Shown: positions 49,861 through 63,339 of the stretch, piece by piece
Position numbering within the stretch: position 1 is the stretch's first letter
Layout of the letters: the number at the start of each line of letters is the position of its first letter
DNA from: Podarcis vaucheri
Taxonomy: Eukaryota
Assembly: GCA_965113315.1 (NCBI GenBank)
Contig: OZ220371.1
Strand: one strand, 5' to 3'
DNA length: 64,000 nucleotides
Translations under genes and position numbers: made by a program
The notes under the pieces: generated by a model
The model's input: the letters and a program-made list of their open reading frames with translations, nothing else
Told to the model about the DNA's origin: nothing
Database searches by the model: none

Positions 49861-49996
49861 CAGGCTTCTTCAACCTCAGCCCTTCAGATGTTTTTGGCCT
49901 ACAACTCCCATGATCCCTAGCTAGCAGGACCAGTGGTCAAGGATGATGGGAATTGTAGTCTCAAAACACCTGGAGGGCCAAGGTTGAAGAAGCCTG
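49861..49996. mobile_element. hAT MITE
   Basis: TIR caggcttcttcaacct/aggttgaagaagcctg; 8-bp TSD CTTTAGCG. Confidence 0.85.
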
Positions 49997-50759
49997 CTTT
50001 AGCGAGCCTGAGCAAACGCATCCGCTGCAAGTTTAAAAGGGGGAATGTTACTCTGGTAAAATTGTAAACTTATTAACACAAGTTGGAAAGGGTATTATCA
50101 GGCAATATATCCTCTCCTGCATCCCTGAACATTCCCCCACTTGTCACCGTGGCAACCCCCCCCCCGGACCAGGCTCCACCTGGCCCCTGCTGAGTGGTGA
50201 TGCTCCTCTGTCAGGACTCAGAGGCACCTGCTGTTCCGCCTGCAGCTGGGCTGCATCTTTATTTCACATCCTTCTTCCTGCAACCCTATTCCCAAAGGAA
50301 GACCAGCCCCACACCCTTCCAGGCAGGCTAGGCATCTCCATAGCGCAGGATTGGACCATCTGCTTGGCAGGCAGGTCTTGCGTCCTGGGCAGCATCTCGG
50401 GGAATGCCATAACCACTGGAAGCGGCCAATTTTTCTGTACAGTTCCCTTTGGGAGTGACAGAATGACAGCTTGCCCATGTATGTGTTGGCTACTTCAGCT
50501 GGATGGCCAAGATTCTTAGAATGAAAGTACCGGTAATTATAGATCAGTGGATAAAAAATGCAGCAGTTTTTTATTTGTCTAATTCATCAGTCTCAATAAG
50601 CCAGGGAGTTCTTTTGTATGAAGCATGAGTTCAGCCTATTAGAAATTACTCTGAGCCTTCAGGAAGTCATGGGCAATCCAAACCATATCTCTATGCAGTG
50701 GCCTTACAAAAGCAGCGTGGTCCCTTGGAACCAGCATGTTCCATTAAATCATTTGTTCC

Positions 50760-50860
50760 CTTGGAGCCCCAGCTTCAGGATCTGTCCTTCCAGTGAGCAC
50801 TCAGGGCTGATTTCCTTCAGAATGGATAGGTTTGATCTTCTTGTAGTCCATGGGACTCAG
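50760..50860 (-). mobile_element. BovB fragment
   Basis: ccttccagtgagcactcagggctgatttccttcagaatggatagg. Confidence 0.6.
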
Positions 50861-52660
50861 CATATGAAAGTTGGAATATATTAAATTCAAAACATGCAAA
50901 TCAATAAACCAGGTTGCATATTCATCACTCTGTGACTGCATGTGTAAACCAGCCCTTATACTTCTCTGAAAGGTTTCTATGTGATGTGAACACAATCTGT
51001 GTGCTATCTTTATTCCTTTACACTAGAACAGATGTTCCTCCTCTTGCTACAACAGGATTAACTCAGGGTTAAAGAACTTGAGGTCTACAAGGAAAACTGA
51101 GCAATCCTCAAGTGACCACGTGCTTTTAATTTAGTGTTTACCCAGTTTTGCATAGTTGGATATTAATCTTTAGCCACAATGTTTGTGGACTACCCTATAA
51201 CAGAATATGCACTTCAGCTGGGCTGCTCCGTGCAAGGAGCAAGGGAGCAGGAAAGTGGGTGGGGGAGAGAATATTGAGGGGCCTGTTCCCCCAGAATAAA
51301 ATTATTGGAGGGGCCCAAGGGACCCCGGCCCCGTTGGTTCCTATGGATATGACTCGCCCTTTTAATGGCTGGAATGGAGCTGGCTGCACATTCAGAGCTG
51401 TCTATACACACATGCACGTCTCCATCTAGCCAAGCAAGACACATTAACAGAATCCAAGGACATGTTGCAGACAGGAATGGGAACGCCAATAGGCAGGGCC
51501 AGTGAGGGGTCTGGCCTGGGGAGAGTTGGGAGGCATCATTTGGCCCCCGAACCTCAGGTTCCCAATCCTTGTTTTGGGCCGTCTCAGGCTGTTATTGTAT
51601 TTATAAAGGAGAAAGATATTGCTTGCCTCATTTCAAAGGGGCTTCATGTAGCAAGTGGAATTAGCCCAAGGAGCGCGAATGACCTTCTCTTTTGATTCCC
51701 AGTAGCAGTTTCCATCTTGGGATTACCTGTGTCTTTTAATCAAACTAGTAGTGAAAGGGGAACTTATAGGTGTACGAGGAACACATGCCTATATGTGATA
51801 TTGATGCATCTCTCTCTTAGTGTGCACAGCTGGACAGATTAAAAAGACTCCCTTCTTCTGTCCTAAATGCACCCAAAAGGGGGCAAACAGATGGTGCAGG
51901 TTTACTTCACAAATGCAGAATCTGAACCCTGCAAGGGGAAACAGATGTACTGTATGTATTGGTGGCTGGGGAAAGCTGAAAATTGTGGGGGAGGTAGAAG
52001 AATTAGAGAGGAAAATAAGACTAAGAAAGTAAAGAGCAACAATGTTTGGAATGCCATAAAAGTTTGTGTCTGAAATAAAATACACTCTTCTTTATTAATT
52101 GAGAATCTGACTGAAACTGAAATGATTTTACCAGGGAGGACCTGGTTGGTGGCAGCGGATTAGAGGTGTATGGGTCAATAGTCCGTGAGACGACTGGGGG
52201 CTCTGTATGAATGCCACAAAATTGGCGGCAGGGCAGGATTCGATAAGTCTAAGAGCCTGTGAGGGGAAGCAATACACCTGGAGAGGGGAAGGGTAAATCG
52301 GTGAAGTGATTACCTGGCCCGAGAGTGTGGTTGAGGATAAACCCCAGATTGCCGCGAGGCTGAGATAACAATAAGAGCAAGAGATCTCAAAAGACTGCTT
52401 AGGCTCAGGGTCAGAGGAAGTAAGCTTGAAAGGTTAGAGGCAAAAACCTAAAGCTATACTTTGGGGACCAGGGTCTTGAAAAGCCAAGCCGGGAGGAACA
52501 GTGCTGAGAGTAAAAGTCTCTTATTTAATTAATTAGTGAAAATACTGACTCACCCATAATGCCACCCAAGAAGACCAAGCACCCAGTGAGAGAAAACCCA
52601 TACGAAAGCTCTGGGGAATAGAATGGGAATCCCCAGGGGGAGGAAACGAGAAGAGAAGAG

Positions 52661-53653
52661 ATGACTAAAACCCCACCTGAAGTAGAAGTTCCACAGTTCT
52701 CAGAGGATTTTGAAAAGTGGAAATTAGTACAAGAATATAACTTGGAATTAGAGCTTGAGAAAAATACGCTTGGAAAAGAAAAAATTAGGCTTGAGGAAGA
52801 ATTGGAAAAAGAAAAATTGAGGGCTGAGCAAGAATTGGAAAAAGAAAAAGTGAGGGTAGAGCAGGAAAGGGAACAGCAGCGGTTTCAGTTAGAGATGAGA
52901 CAGTTGGAATTAACGGTTTTAGAAAATCCTAATACTAGTAATAACACCGATGGACAGAATCAAATAAAGATAGATTTAAAACGCTTCCCTGAGTTTAGAG
53001 ATAAGGATACCCCAGAACCATTTCTGGTATCCTTCAAAAGAGCCTGTCACGATTTTCAAGTGAGAGATGAAAATAAAATGATGATCTTGAGAGCTAGAAT
53101 AAGTGGTCCTCTAGCCGAAATATACACTCAAATGACTGAGGAACAATCCCGAAAATTTGAGGTGTACAAGCTGTTAATATACACACACTTTGGGATTACC
53201 TCAGAGCAGTTGAGGGAAAAAATTTAGAAGTGTGACAAAGGTGAGGGAGGAAACCTATGTGCAGCTGGGTGCAAAGATAAAAACCTACCTCAGGAGATGG
53301 TTAGAGCAAGAGAATGCAGACACGGTACCTAAGATTAGAGAAGTGATAGCGTTGGAGCAATTTTACAACACAATAAATGGCCAATTGAAGTACCTGATAA
53401 AGGAAAGGAACCCCAAGACAATAGAGGAAGCAGCTGGTTTAGCCGATAAAATAAATGAAATCAGAGACCACGGATTTGATGAGCCAAAAATTGGTGGGAG
53501 ATCTTGGGAAACAAACAAGAATAAATTTCAGCAAACCAAAGGAAAGATTACCTCAGAAACCGATGAGAGAAGTTGCCCCTCGTCAAAAAGCCCACATGAG
53601 AAGGCAGACACCCATACAGAGTTTACTGAGGGAAAAGCCAATAAAACAAGTTA
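52661..53653 (+). pseudogene. Gypsy gag with coiled coil and SCAN-like capsid domain (frameshifted)
   Basis: ELEKEK repeats; ETYVQLGAKIKTYLRRWL...EVIALEQFYNTI...LKYLIKERNPKTIEEAAGLAD. Confidence 0.75.
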
Positions 53654-54252
53654 TGTTGTAGCCTTATGAGGCTTTGCCCTCGGGTGGGAAAAATATTGCG
53701 CCTGGGAAAGGGAAGTGGGAGTCAACAGACACTCAAGGAATAGTTTCGGAGAAAAGGCTTTTTATTTCTACCATCCATGAACTGGTAGAAGGAGCAAGTG
53801 TGATAAGTCACAAAAAGCATGCACGAAGTTCACAGTCCTGTGCACAAGCATATATAGCCCTTTCCAGTTCCCTCCTCCTTTCTCCTCCCTCAGGAGTCCT
53901 GCCCCATGTTGAGGTTCCTGAGCATGTACAGAAAGCTGTCTTGGGACTATTGTGGACTCTTGGCAGGAAAGGGGGTGAGGGGGTTTTCAGAGTGTTCCCG
54001 TTGTTTCATTCTTGTGCTTTGGCATGGTTCCCGGAGAGAAAGCAAGTTGCAACGTGGTTCTGAGAAAGGCCTGAGAAGACAATGGGCTCCGTTCTCTACC
54101 TTGTTGCAATCTTTTTAGTTACAGCAAGTGGAATGTTTCTGATGCTTAGCTGCTGAGAAAATGATTTTGAGAAGCTTTGAGAAGCTTTGAGCTTGCTTTG
54201 GTGGGGGGTGACTTCGGGCCTAGGTGAGATCACTTGTCCTCACTTTCCTTCA
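53654..54252 (-). mobile_element. Solo LTR inserted at the gag zinc-knuckle region
   Basis: TG...CA ends; minus-strand TATA (about 53850) and AATAAA (about 53761). TSD not clear. Confidence 0.6.
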
Positions 54253-54891
54253 TTGCAGGACCCAAAGACATTTCATGCTGGAGATGTGGGAAATTAGGTC
54301 ATAAAAGTTTTGATTGAAAACCTGGAAAAGAAACGTCTAGTTACAGCACCACACAGAAGCAGACATATTGTATGCAGCCTGTGGAGCAGGGCCCAACTAG
54401 TCAGGTTGTCAAGGAAACGGCCATGCCCACTAGGCCCGAGCCTGCTGAGGTAGTAGAAGCCAAAGTCCTGCACTGTTATGCGATTCAACAAGATAATCTC
54501 TTGTTAAAGAAGGCTGGAGAGTATATCTGGATAGACGGAAAAAGATATTTCGGGTTAAAGGACACGGGATCACAAGTCACTATGGTCCACCCTGAGATAA
54601 TCAGGGATAATTCCAGGGAAATTAATGAAATTAAAAGGAATTTCGAAACAAGCAGAGATCCTAAAGGTGGCGGAAATAGATGTCAGGTTCAAAAACTGGG
54701 CAGGGAAGTGGCAGGTAGCCCTTTCGGAAGAAATTCCCGCCCCTGTGCCCATTGGTTGGGAGATTTTAGAACATGTGCAGAGTGCTTTCATAGTTAGCAG
54801 AGCAAAAGGGAGCCCACAGTCACCTAATCCTGAGGGGGTGGATACAGTAGCAGAGGCAGACAATGCTGAAGGACAGCAAGGGGATGATCAG

Positions 54892-55594
54892 TGTGAGGAA
54901 AGAAAAAACGCCTTTTTGTTTCCTTTGACTTGTTGTAAATAAAAATATGCCCTTTTCCCTTATGGGGTATCCAAGAGCCCATATAGAGTCCTTACATAGG
55001 TTCCCTATTGGTAGGAGAAAATAACAGAGGCCAACCAGAGAATATTGAGAAGCAAAGCAGCTAGTAAGCTTGATCTTTATTGATCTGTTGCAACAGGGTG
55101 CTCCCCTCACACGCAGGAGAGGAAGAGGACCCAGAACAATGGCCTGCAAGGCCTTATAAAGACTTTTGAAATTCCCCTTCTCTAGATCAGGACCACCCCC
55201 AGAAACATTATGCATACATCACAGAAGGGGTGTAACCTAAGACCACCCCTCAGATACATCCCACCTACATCACAGAAATTTAAATGTTGTTTTTCTCTTG
55301 TCCTTGTTTATCTCCTGTCTAGCAGGTTACTTGATTGGATTTTCTGGGGAGCCTGGCCATTCTTTTGTAATGCTAAAATACTTATTTCCTGGGCCAGGTC
55401 ACAGGCTCACACCTTATTCAAACACAGATTAAAGGAAGAGACAATGGGGAGGCTTTTCCATTTTTAACCTTGCAGAGAAAGGATTTGGTCAGTTTAGGAA
55501 TCAAAATAGTTCCAGGTTGGTTTTCCTGTGCTGATCTATGTATGTGCAGTTATGAACATTACTATATATCTAAGACTATAAAATTCCTATCACA
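54892..55594 (-). mobile_element. LTR-like insert between protease and integrase
   Basis: TGTGA...TCACA termini; minus-strand TATA and AATAAA. No clean TSD. Confidence 0.45.
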
Positions 55595-57000
55595 GACTAA
55601 AAGTCAAACCCCAAGTTTTGCCAAAAAGCAAAAAGAAGACACTGAGTTACAAATGTACTTTGAGGCAGCCGAGTCGGAGAGGGCGTTAGCTCCTGAGTGC
55701 CCAGAACGGTTTGGTTTGAGCAGGGACCTTTTCTATCGAGAAGTCCTTGCCCCAACATGTAGGGGGGGGGGTGAAGAAGTGAGAAGACAGTTAGTAATCC
55801 CACATGAATACCGAGGCAAAATCCTGCAGCACGCTCACAACAGTGTATTTGGAGCGCATATGGGTATTACACGTACAAAACAGAGTGGCTCAAAAAGTTT
55901 ATTGGCCAGGAATGGGGAAGCAAATAAAACAATATTGTCAAGCCTGTGACATATGTCAGAGAAGAGGCACCGGTCAAGACAAAACAAAAGCCAGATTGTG
56001 CCCATTGCCTATCATATCAACCCCTTTTCAATGGTTAGGGCTGGACCTGATAGGGCCATTGCCTAGAGCAGGGGTCTGCAACCTTTTAAGACAAAAAGAG
56101 CCACTTGGACCCGTTTCCGAAGAAAAAAAAACGGGGAGCTGCAAAACTCGTCCTTATAAAAATAACTTTTTTTGTCACTTTTTTATTATTTCTTTGTTTG
56201 ACCCCTCAGAATTACTCCTCCTCATAGAAATAAACGTTAAATTAACAAGTTGCCTTTTTTTGTGTGTGTGTTCTTCACTCCCCTTCAAAATAGTGACCAG
56301 CGTACATGCCCCCTTTCAATGCAGTGACCAGCGTACATGCCCCTTACAATGTAGCGGGCGGGCGGGCGGGAAGGTGACATTGGGACGGTGCGTGACTAAT
56401 GCACGCACCACCCCCATGCGACGTCACAGCCAGTACAGCGCCCACCACAGTGGGGAGTGTCGGGGCGCACAATGCGCCTCCTCCCCTCGCTAGTATCCGC
56501 CCCGGAGCCGCAGCAAAGGTGTAAAAGAGCCACATGCGGCTCCGGAGCCGTGGGTTGCAGACCCCTGGCCTAGAGCCAGCAGGATACATCCCCACCATAG
56601 TGGATTACGCAACCAAATATCCAGCAGCCATTCCATTACAAATCATTGAAATAGAAACGGTGGCAACCGCTTTAATTAACTATATGAGTAGATTGGGCTT
56701 TGCCAGTGAAATAGTCACTGGCTTGGGTTCTTCTTTCACATGAAGACTAATGAAAAGACTATGGGAGGGGTGTGGTATTAAGCATTTAACATCAACACCT
56801 TATCACCCTGAAACTAATGGATTAGTTGAAAGATTCAATGGAACCCTAATGAGAATGATTAAAGCCTATACCGCAGAAAATCCCAATGATTGGGATGACA
56901 CGATACAACCACTACTTTATGCCTATAGGGATGTACCCCAAGAAAGTACCGGGTTTAGCCCATTTGAATTATTGCTGAGATGTAAAGTAAAAGGGCCCCT
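55595..57000 (+). pseudogene. Gypsy integrase remnant
   Basis: HAHNSVFGAHMG...CQACDICQ (H2C2), LDLIGPLP, IVDYATKYP, YHPETNGLVERFNGTL; frameshifts and stops. Confidence 0.85.
56069..56567. mobile_element. hAT non-autonomous element inserted in integrase
   Basis: 15-bp TIR caggggtctgcaacc/ggttgcagacccctg; 8-bp TSD GCCTAGAG. Confidence 0.9.
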
Positions 57001-58091
57001 GGGAAAGGCAGTTGGTAATAGAGAGACAGGGCTGTGGGTTCTTGAGTGAGGGGAGGTAGAAGAGATAGAGAGAGGAAAATAAGACTAAGAAAGTAAAGAG
57101 CAACAACGTTTGGAATGCTGTAAAAGTTTTGTTTGTGTCTGAAATAAAATACACTCTTCTTTATTAATTGAGAATCTGACTGAGACTGAAGTGATTTTAC
57201 CAGGGAGGACCTGGTTGGTGGCAGCGGATTAGTGGTGTACGGGTCAATAGTCCGTGAGACGACTGGGGGCTCCGTACGAACGCCACAGCGACCAACTTGA
57301 CTCTTCGGGCTTCGAGCAGAGGTCCATCCAGGAAATTTTGATTAGTCGTACTCATGCCAGTGTTCAGGGGTGTAGGAGGGAGAGGGCAAGGGCAGAGCTG
57401 GGGTGGGGTGGGGGCAAAAAGGGTCTCTTCGAGGGGGGTAGGGGACATACTTTGGGAACATTTTCAATCAGCTTTTCCTTGAGAGACATCTTGTAGCTCT
57501 GGGTAAGTCTAGCAAAGCGTGGGCGCAATGACCGGGCTGCAGTACTGCCTTCAGAAGGGAACTGTGAACCCAAGATGCGGACTCTAAGTAAAGTGCATGA
57601 AAGGAAGCCTGCTGAGCTAATTAGAATATCGTGGAAAAGTTCCTTTATTTCAGTAATTCAACTTAAAAGATAGACTGATTATATGAGATAGATTGATTAC
57701 GTTCCTGTAATCAGATGTTTATTGCTACAGCTTAGTCATCGAGGTGTCAGAATCAGTTGTAATAGAATTGCACTGAATTAACAAGTAGAATAAGGAAAAT
57801 TAAAATTAAATTTTCTTTAATTTTAATCACAAGTGGACTCTTTATTACTGCAATTGCAGTTGTTCAAAATAAAATCTAGTTTTGGAATAGCTTAGTTCCT
57901 AAATGTTTTGGCTCCTGAACGCCGCAAACCCTTTCCTTACCATCCTGCAGGTGTTCCTTATTAATCTCTATACCACAAAGTAAAAGATGTACTTGGAAAT
58001 AAATGCTGCTATTTTCAAGAAAGCTCATCAAAGCACTGCTGCTACTTGTTTTGGCAACCCAGATATTTTCCTGCAGGACTCTGCTCTGAAG

Positions 58092-58129
<38 letters not shown>

Positions 58130-58454
58130 GGCACTACCTTCAATCAGAAAATGAAAGCTAGTCTGGGGTGAAAATGCGCAGTCTAGGATACAAAAAATGT
58201 TTCAGTGAGTAAGACTGACCAGACCTGAGTTGAGTATAACAGTGACAAGATCTTTCCAACCTTTTTGGAAAAAAGATTTTCCAACCTTTTCTTACCATCT
58301 CTTCTTACTATCATCAGCTAACCATGGCAATATAGCAATATATCACAATGTCTGAAAGAAGGATGGGTGAGACTGGGCTGAGGAGGGAGGGAGCAAGCAG
58401 GAAGCACGACCAGGAGAAAGGAGGCAGCCCGCTTGCCCCAGCGAAGGTGTAGGC

Positions 58455-58600
58455 CAGTGGCGTAGTGTGGGTTGTCAGCACCCGGGGCAAGGCAAGTAAT
58501 TTGTGCCCCCTAACCCGTGGATTTGCGCCCCCTAACCCTAACCCCCAGATGTTGTGCCCGGTGCGGCCAGCCCCCCTGCACCCCCCACGCTACGCCACTG
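58455..58600. mobile_element. hAT-type MITE
   Basis: TIR cagtggcgtag/ctacgccactg; 8-bp TSD GTGTAGGC. Reverse copy of 31364-31510. Confidence 0.85.
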
Positions 58601-58764
58601 GTGTAGGCAGGCAGGTGCCCAGGTTCTTGGGCGCCCTCTGCCAAGACAACAACCCGTTGGGCTGTCATACTTACCAACAAGTGAAGTTCAGTCATATTCA
58701 GCCCAGTGCTCCGGGGTGTAGGAGGGCAAGGGCGGAGCTGGGAGGGGGACAAAGAAAGGTCTCT

Positions 58765-59075
58765 TAGGGGGGGGGGGACATAGGGAAGGATCTTTTCCGG
58801 GAGGGATTAAGGGGGGGGGAAGGGGGCAGCTTCAGGGAGAGGGAGCAGAGGAGGGGGACAAGGTCTGAGGGGGACACTGGGGGGAGGGGGGAAGGAGGGA
58901 GGGGGATGTCCTCGGGGAAGATCTCAGGGGGGAGGGGGCAAATTCGGAGAGGGGGGAAGGCGGGAGGGGGATATCTTCAGGGAAGATTTCGGGGGGGAGG
59001 GGGCATATTCGGGGAGGGGGCAGATTGGGGGAGGGGTTCAGGGGGGAGGGGGGCAGGGAGGGATGGCTGGGGTCC
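58765..59075 (+). repeat. G-rich degenerate minisatellite (G-quadruplex-prone)
   Basis: Many G4-G10 runs with the recurring unit gggaagat(c/t)tc(a/g)ggggggagggggca(a/t)attcgg. Confidence 0.6.
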
Positions 59076-59855
59076 TGGGCACTGGGAGCACTGGCGCCTG
59101 CAGCAAGACATCTCTCTATCCGTCTGCAACTGCCTTGGAGTTCTCTGGCGTCTCCAGGGACACTGGAACCCTGCCATTGTGACACACATGGCTGCAAATC
59201 CCAGGCAACCAAACGGGGATCCTCCAATTTGTGGGTCAAAGTCAGCCTCCCCAGAGGTCTGTTTAACTCGGCCCACAAGGCCATTTTCCCAGCGTCACAC
59301 CCACCTGGTCCATTGGAGATGATGAATTGGGCAGGAGTTTCGGATCCATCTTCAGTTAGCTGCATAGACTCAGGATCCGGTCACTGTGTGCTTTCTCTAA
59401 CTCCACTGATTCCCTCATAGATTTGGGGGCATTTGGGGACAGCACTCCACTGCTTTCTCTTCCTCGGCCTTCATTGGTTCATTGGCTGAAATGTCAATTT
59501 GCTCGGAGCCCCCCACTCCACCCCCTTTTAAATCCTTTCCCCCCTGGAAGTGAAAGGACAGTAAGGGGGGGGGTGCTATCTCAGCAAGAAGTCCCATTCC
59601 TTCCAAAGGGAAGCAAAACAAGCAAAACAAGCACACCAGCTCCAAGGCTTTCTGTGGAACCAAAGCCTTTTGCCTTCCACCCCTGGCAACCCCCCAGAAT
59701 GGCTCCTTGATGGCCTCCCAGCCAGAACAAGAGGCCCTCTGCCTTCAAGAGCAGGTGTCCCTCTTTGCAGGTGAACGTCCCTCTCCTGATAGGCTGGAGG
59801 AACCGGATGCTACCTATTTTAAGGCCTGCCCTATTCTTCCGACTGTAAATTGTTC

Positions 59856-59895
<40 letters not shown>

Positions 59896-60650
59896 TTATT
59901 ATTTATACCCCGCCCATCTGGCTGGGCTTCCCCAGCCACTCTGGGCGGCTTCCAAAATAATATTAAAATACTGTGATACATCAAACATTAAAAGCTTCTG
60001 TAAACAGGGCTGCCTTCAGATGTCTTCTAAAAGTCTGGTACTTGTTGTTCTCTTTGACATCTGGTGGGAGGGCGTTCCACAGGAAGGGCGCCACTACTGA
60101 GAAGGCCCTCTGCCTGGTTCCCTGTAACTTGGCTTCTCGCAGTGAGGTAACTGCCAGAAGGCCCTCGGTGCTGGACCTCAGTGTCCGGGTAGAACGATGG
60201 GGGTGGAGACGCTATTTCAGGTATACTGGACCGAGGCCGTTTAGGGCTTTCAAGGTCAGCACCAACACTTTGAATTGTGCTCGGAAACGTACTGGGAGCC
60301 AATGTAGGTCTTTCAAGACCGGTGTTATGTGGTCTCGGCGGCCGCTCCCAGTCACCAGTCTAGCTGCCGCATTCTGGATTAGTTGCAGTTTCTGGGTCTC
60401 CTTCAAAGGTAGCCCCACATAGAGCGCATTGCAGTAGTCCAAGCGGGAGATAACCAGAGCATGCACCACTCTGGCAAGACAGTCCATGGTCAGATAGGGT
60501 CTCAGCCTGCGTACCAGATGGAGCTGGTAAACAGCTGCCCTGGACACAGATTTAACCTGTGTCTCCATGGACAGCTGTGAGTCCAAAATGACTCCCAGGC
60601 TGCGCACCTGGTCCTTCAGGGGCACAGTTACCCCATTCAGGACCAGGGAA
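59856..60650 (-). mobile_element. L2 LINE 3' fragment
   Basis: Peptide almost identical to the L2 at 31.5-32.4 kb; (TAA)n tail at 59856-59895. Confidence 0.85.
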
Positions 60651-60724
60651 TCATCCTTGAAATAATCCTTCTTGTTTCAAGGTTGCATTTTTATATTGTT
60701 GGAACCTCCCCTCGGACTGCGTGG

Positions 60725-60930
60725 TGAAGGAAATAAATTTCACAAAGCTTTGCCAAAATATACAAGTCAAAATCCAATTTTTGCTGGAAATGTAAGGAGG
60801 CGGAGGGTACTGTGATGCACTCATGGTGGGGCTGCGGAAGAGTTAAAAATTTGGGGGGTTGCATTCATGAGGAATTTAAAAAGATGCTCAAAATCTCTAT
60901 AGGAAAAAACCCAGAGGAAGTCACATGGGT
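60725..60930 (+). mobile_element. L1/Tx1 fragment
   Basis: LAKIYK...CWKCKEAEGTVMHSWWGC. Confidence 0.6.
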
Positions 60931-61973
60931 GTAGGTAATTTTAATTTTTTGTATGTTTAAGTAGGTTGTTCTTCAATGTTTCTATTATTTTTTTCTTGGT
61001 ATGTAGATTTAGTGTGTTTTTATTTGGAAATAAAAGTTTTTTTAAAAAAAAGAAAAGAAAAAGAAATTTAACAAAAAAACAGCCAAAACCAATAGGGACT
61101 CCGACATCTTGTTTTAATAATAGCACTTTTTTGGGGGGGGGGCAATAAAACAAGTCTGTTTCTACAATACAAAAGAAAAACAAAAAGTTTAAACAGTAGT
61201 ACCCAGCTGCATCAAAGGTGTGTAAAATAATCCCTGACAATGGAATTTGCACCATTATAGAAGCAAACTCATCCCCTCAGAAGCCTCCCATTTGGGCACC
61301 TCAAGGGAGACGTGAAAGAGCCTCAGAGGGCAGCGAGGCGGGGATGAAGCAACAAGCCACACCAAGGGGAATGCTGCCGTCCTATGGGCCTCGCTCCCGC
61401 ACTCGCCCACCACTCCCAACCACGGCTGCCAGCCAGAGCGGCATCGGAGGACGCCAGCGGGGGGATTGGCCAGCCACGAGTTGTGTTTACCTCACAGCCA
61501 TTCCTCAGTCAGTGAGGCGCTTGCGTTACTTACCTTGCAATGTGAATACAGTTGCCCCTTTAATAAATATTTAGCAGGTCTACTCAGAAGCCCCACTGGG
61601 TCAAGACAGTAGCAACTTCAGCTGCTACACACCCTACATCTAAGGGCCTCCACCCTCGCAGAACTACAATTCCCAGCACCCCTAGCAAACTACAGTTCCC
61701 AGGCTTTGGGGAGGGGGGAACCCATGCGCTTTAAATGTATGTGGTGTGTTATCAAGCCAGAACTTTTATAATTCAATGTTTTAAATCCAATTTCGACCAA
61801 GTAGCTCTGATCGGCATTCGTCGTGGTTCTCTCCTTCCTGCCCATTTTACCCGCACCACCATCTTGTGAAGCATAGTTCTGTGCAATGTCTCTACACGTT
61901 AGGGATTGAATAACCCTTTTTTGAGTTTTGGCACAAGTGTATTTGAGACCCCGACACCAACGGAATGAGAAAG

Positions 61974-62222
61974 TGTTAAGTTGTGGGTTGACATAGCAGA
62001 CGACACAGCGATTTCTCCAAAGCAGCTCTTTATCTTGTAAGCTGGAACAGAACTAAGCTGAGGAGCTCAGTCAGCCTGCTTATATAGAGCTACAGAACAA
62101 TTGTAACTGTTGCAACGTTCTAAAACTATCCAATCACTGAATGTCACTTTTCGATCCTTCATTTGCATAACTATCTACAGTATCCCCCTGCTGGCCCAGG
62201 GTGAGAACTTCAGTACATAACA
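61974..62222 (-). mobile_element. Solo LTR
   Basis: TGTTA...TAACA termini; 5-bp TSD GAAAG; minus-strand TATA box. Confidence 0.8.
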
Positions 62223-63339
62223 GAAAGGAATACGAAAGAGACAAACTGGGGCATCAAGAAAACCATCAAGAGAACCACGAGTTCCAAGCAGGCGTCTGGT
62301 CTCATCACGTATAACGTAGTAGCATAGATATATATGGGATCAACCTAAGGGACAGTGGTCTTTTGGGCGACAGCCACATTCTAGAGTTTCTGACTCTGGC
62401 GTCATGATTGTCATCATACCGTTCAACTTTGCAGCCCAATAAACCAAATGCTTTGTTTCCGTTGAAGTCTTGAGTCTGTAGTTTTCACTGGTTATGCTTC
62501 CTTCCTTGTTTCGGTGGGTTAATGGAGGACCAGGTTAGTGCTGGTGTTTTGGCATGGGATGTCCTGACCTCGACTGGATCTCCAACTTTAACATGATTTT
62601 ATTGTCATATTATTTTCTAATTGATGCCTTGTGATTCGAAGAAATCAGAAAGAGACTTCACTGTTCTCTAGTTGTTACATTTTATGAATTATAATAGAAT
62701 ATATGGCGGCAACCAGGTAATGGAAACGATTGACTGACTTGGCTTTCTTCGCAGCTTCCCCCGACTCTGAGCAGTGGCTGAGTGGCCTGCATTGAGACAG
62801 TCTGAGAAGCGTGGGTTAAAGGAGACAGCTTTAGTTTAAAAGATTTAGAGAATAAGGCACTCATTTCAGTCTGCACATCCGCTCTTGTATGGTAAAAGTA
62901 TCTCTTTCCCATCCAACCCAAAATTGTTTTAATGCATTTCACTTTATAATTGCACTACATAAATGGCTTTCATCTTCTTATTTTCTCTATACAGGGAGGT
63001 TTTACAAAAATTTTGAACATTGATGTTACTCATAATGCATGTTCTCATGTCATCTAAGGAAATTGATGTATTGGAAAAGGAAGTATTTTAGGAGTAGCTT
63101 AAGTTGTGTGGTTGCTTTGTTTATGTATTGACCTGCTTTCATGGCACATTTCTGTCCTTAAAGACACAGTTTGGTTTTAAGCTACATCTTACCAATAACA
63201 TCCCTGAATGAGGGTTCATGTGCATCATTATAGTCTAGTTTCAAAGAGAGCCTTGGCTCCTTCATGAGAAGGAAAAGATTTGGTCTTTATTTCTCTTTCC
63301 TTGTTATATTTATTGTTAAGAACAATTCAAATAGTATTA

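Larger units (their letters stand above)
51740..57287 (+). mobile_element. Degenerate Gmr1-like Ty3/Gypsy LTR retrotransposon
   Basis: 5' LTR ends gccaca at 52218 (start approximate), followed by PBS tggcggcagggcaggattcga. The partial 3' LTR at about 57049-57287 matches about 51987-52218. Domain order is gag, protease (LKDTGSQVTMV), then integrase directly; RT/RNaseH is missing. Confidence 0.85.

Noticed and set aside
48360-50150. Possible DIRS-like piece and an LTR-like segment starting tgtcaca at 49431
   Set aside because: Termini and TSD could not be established by eye.
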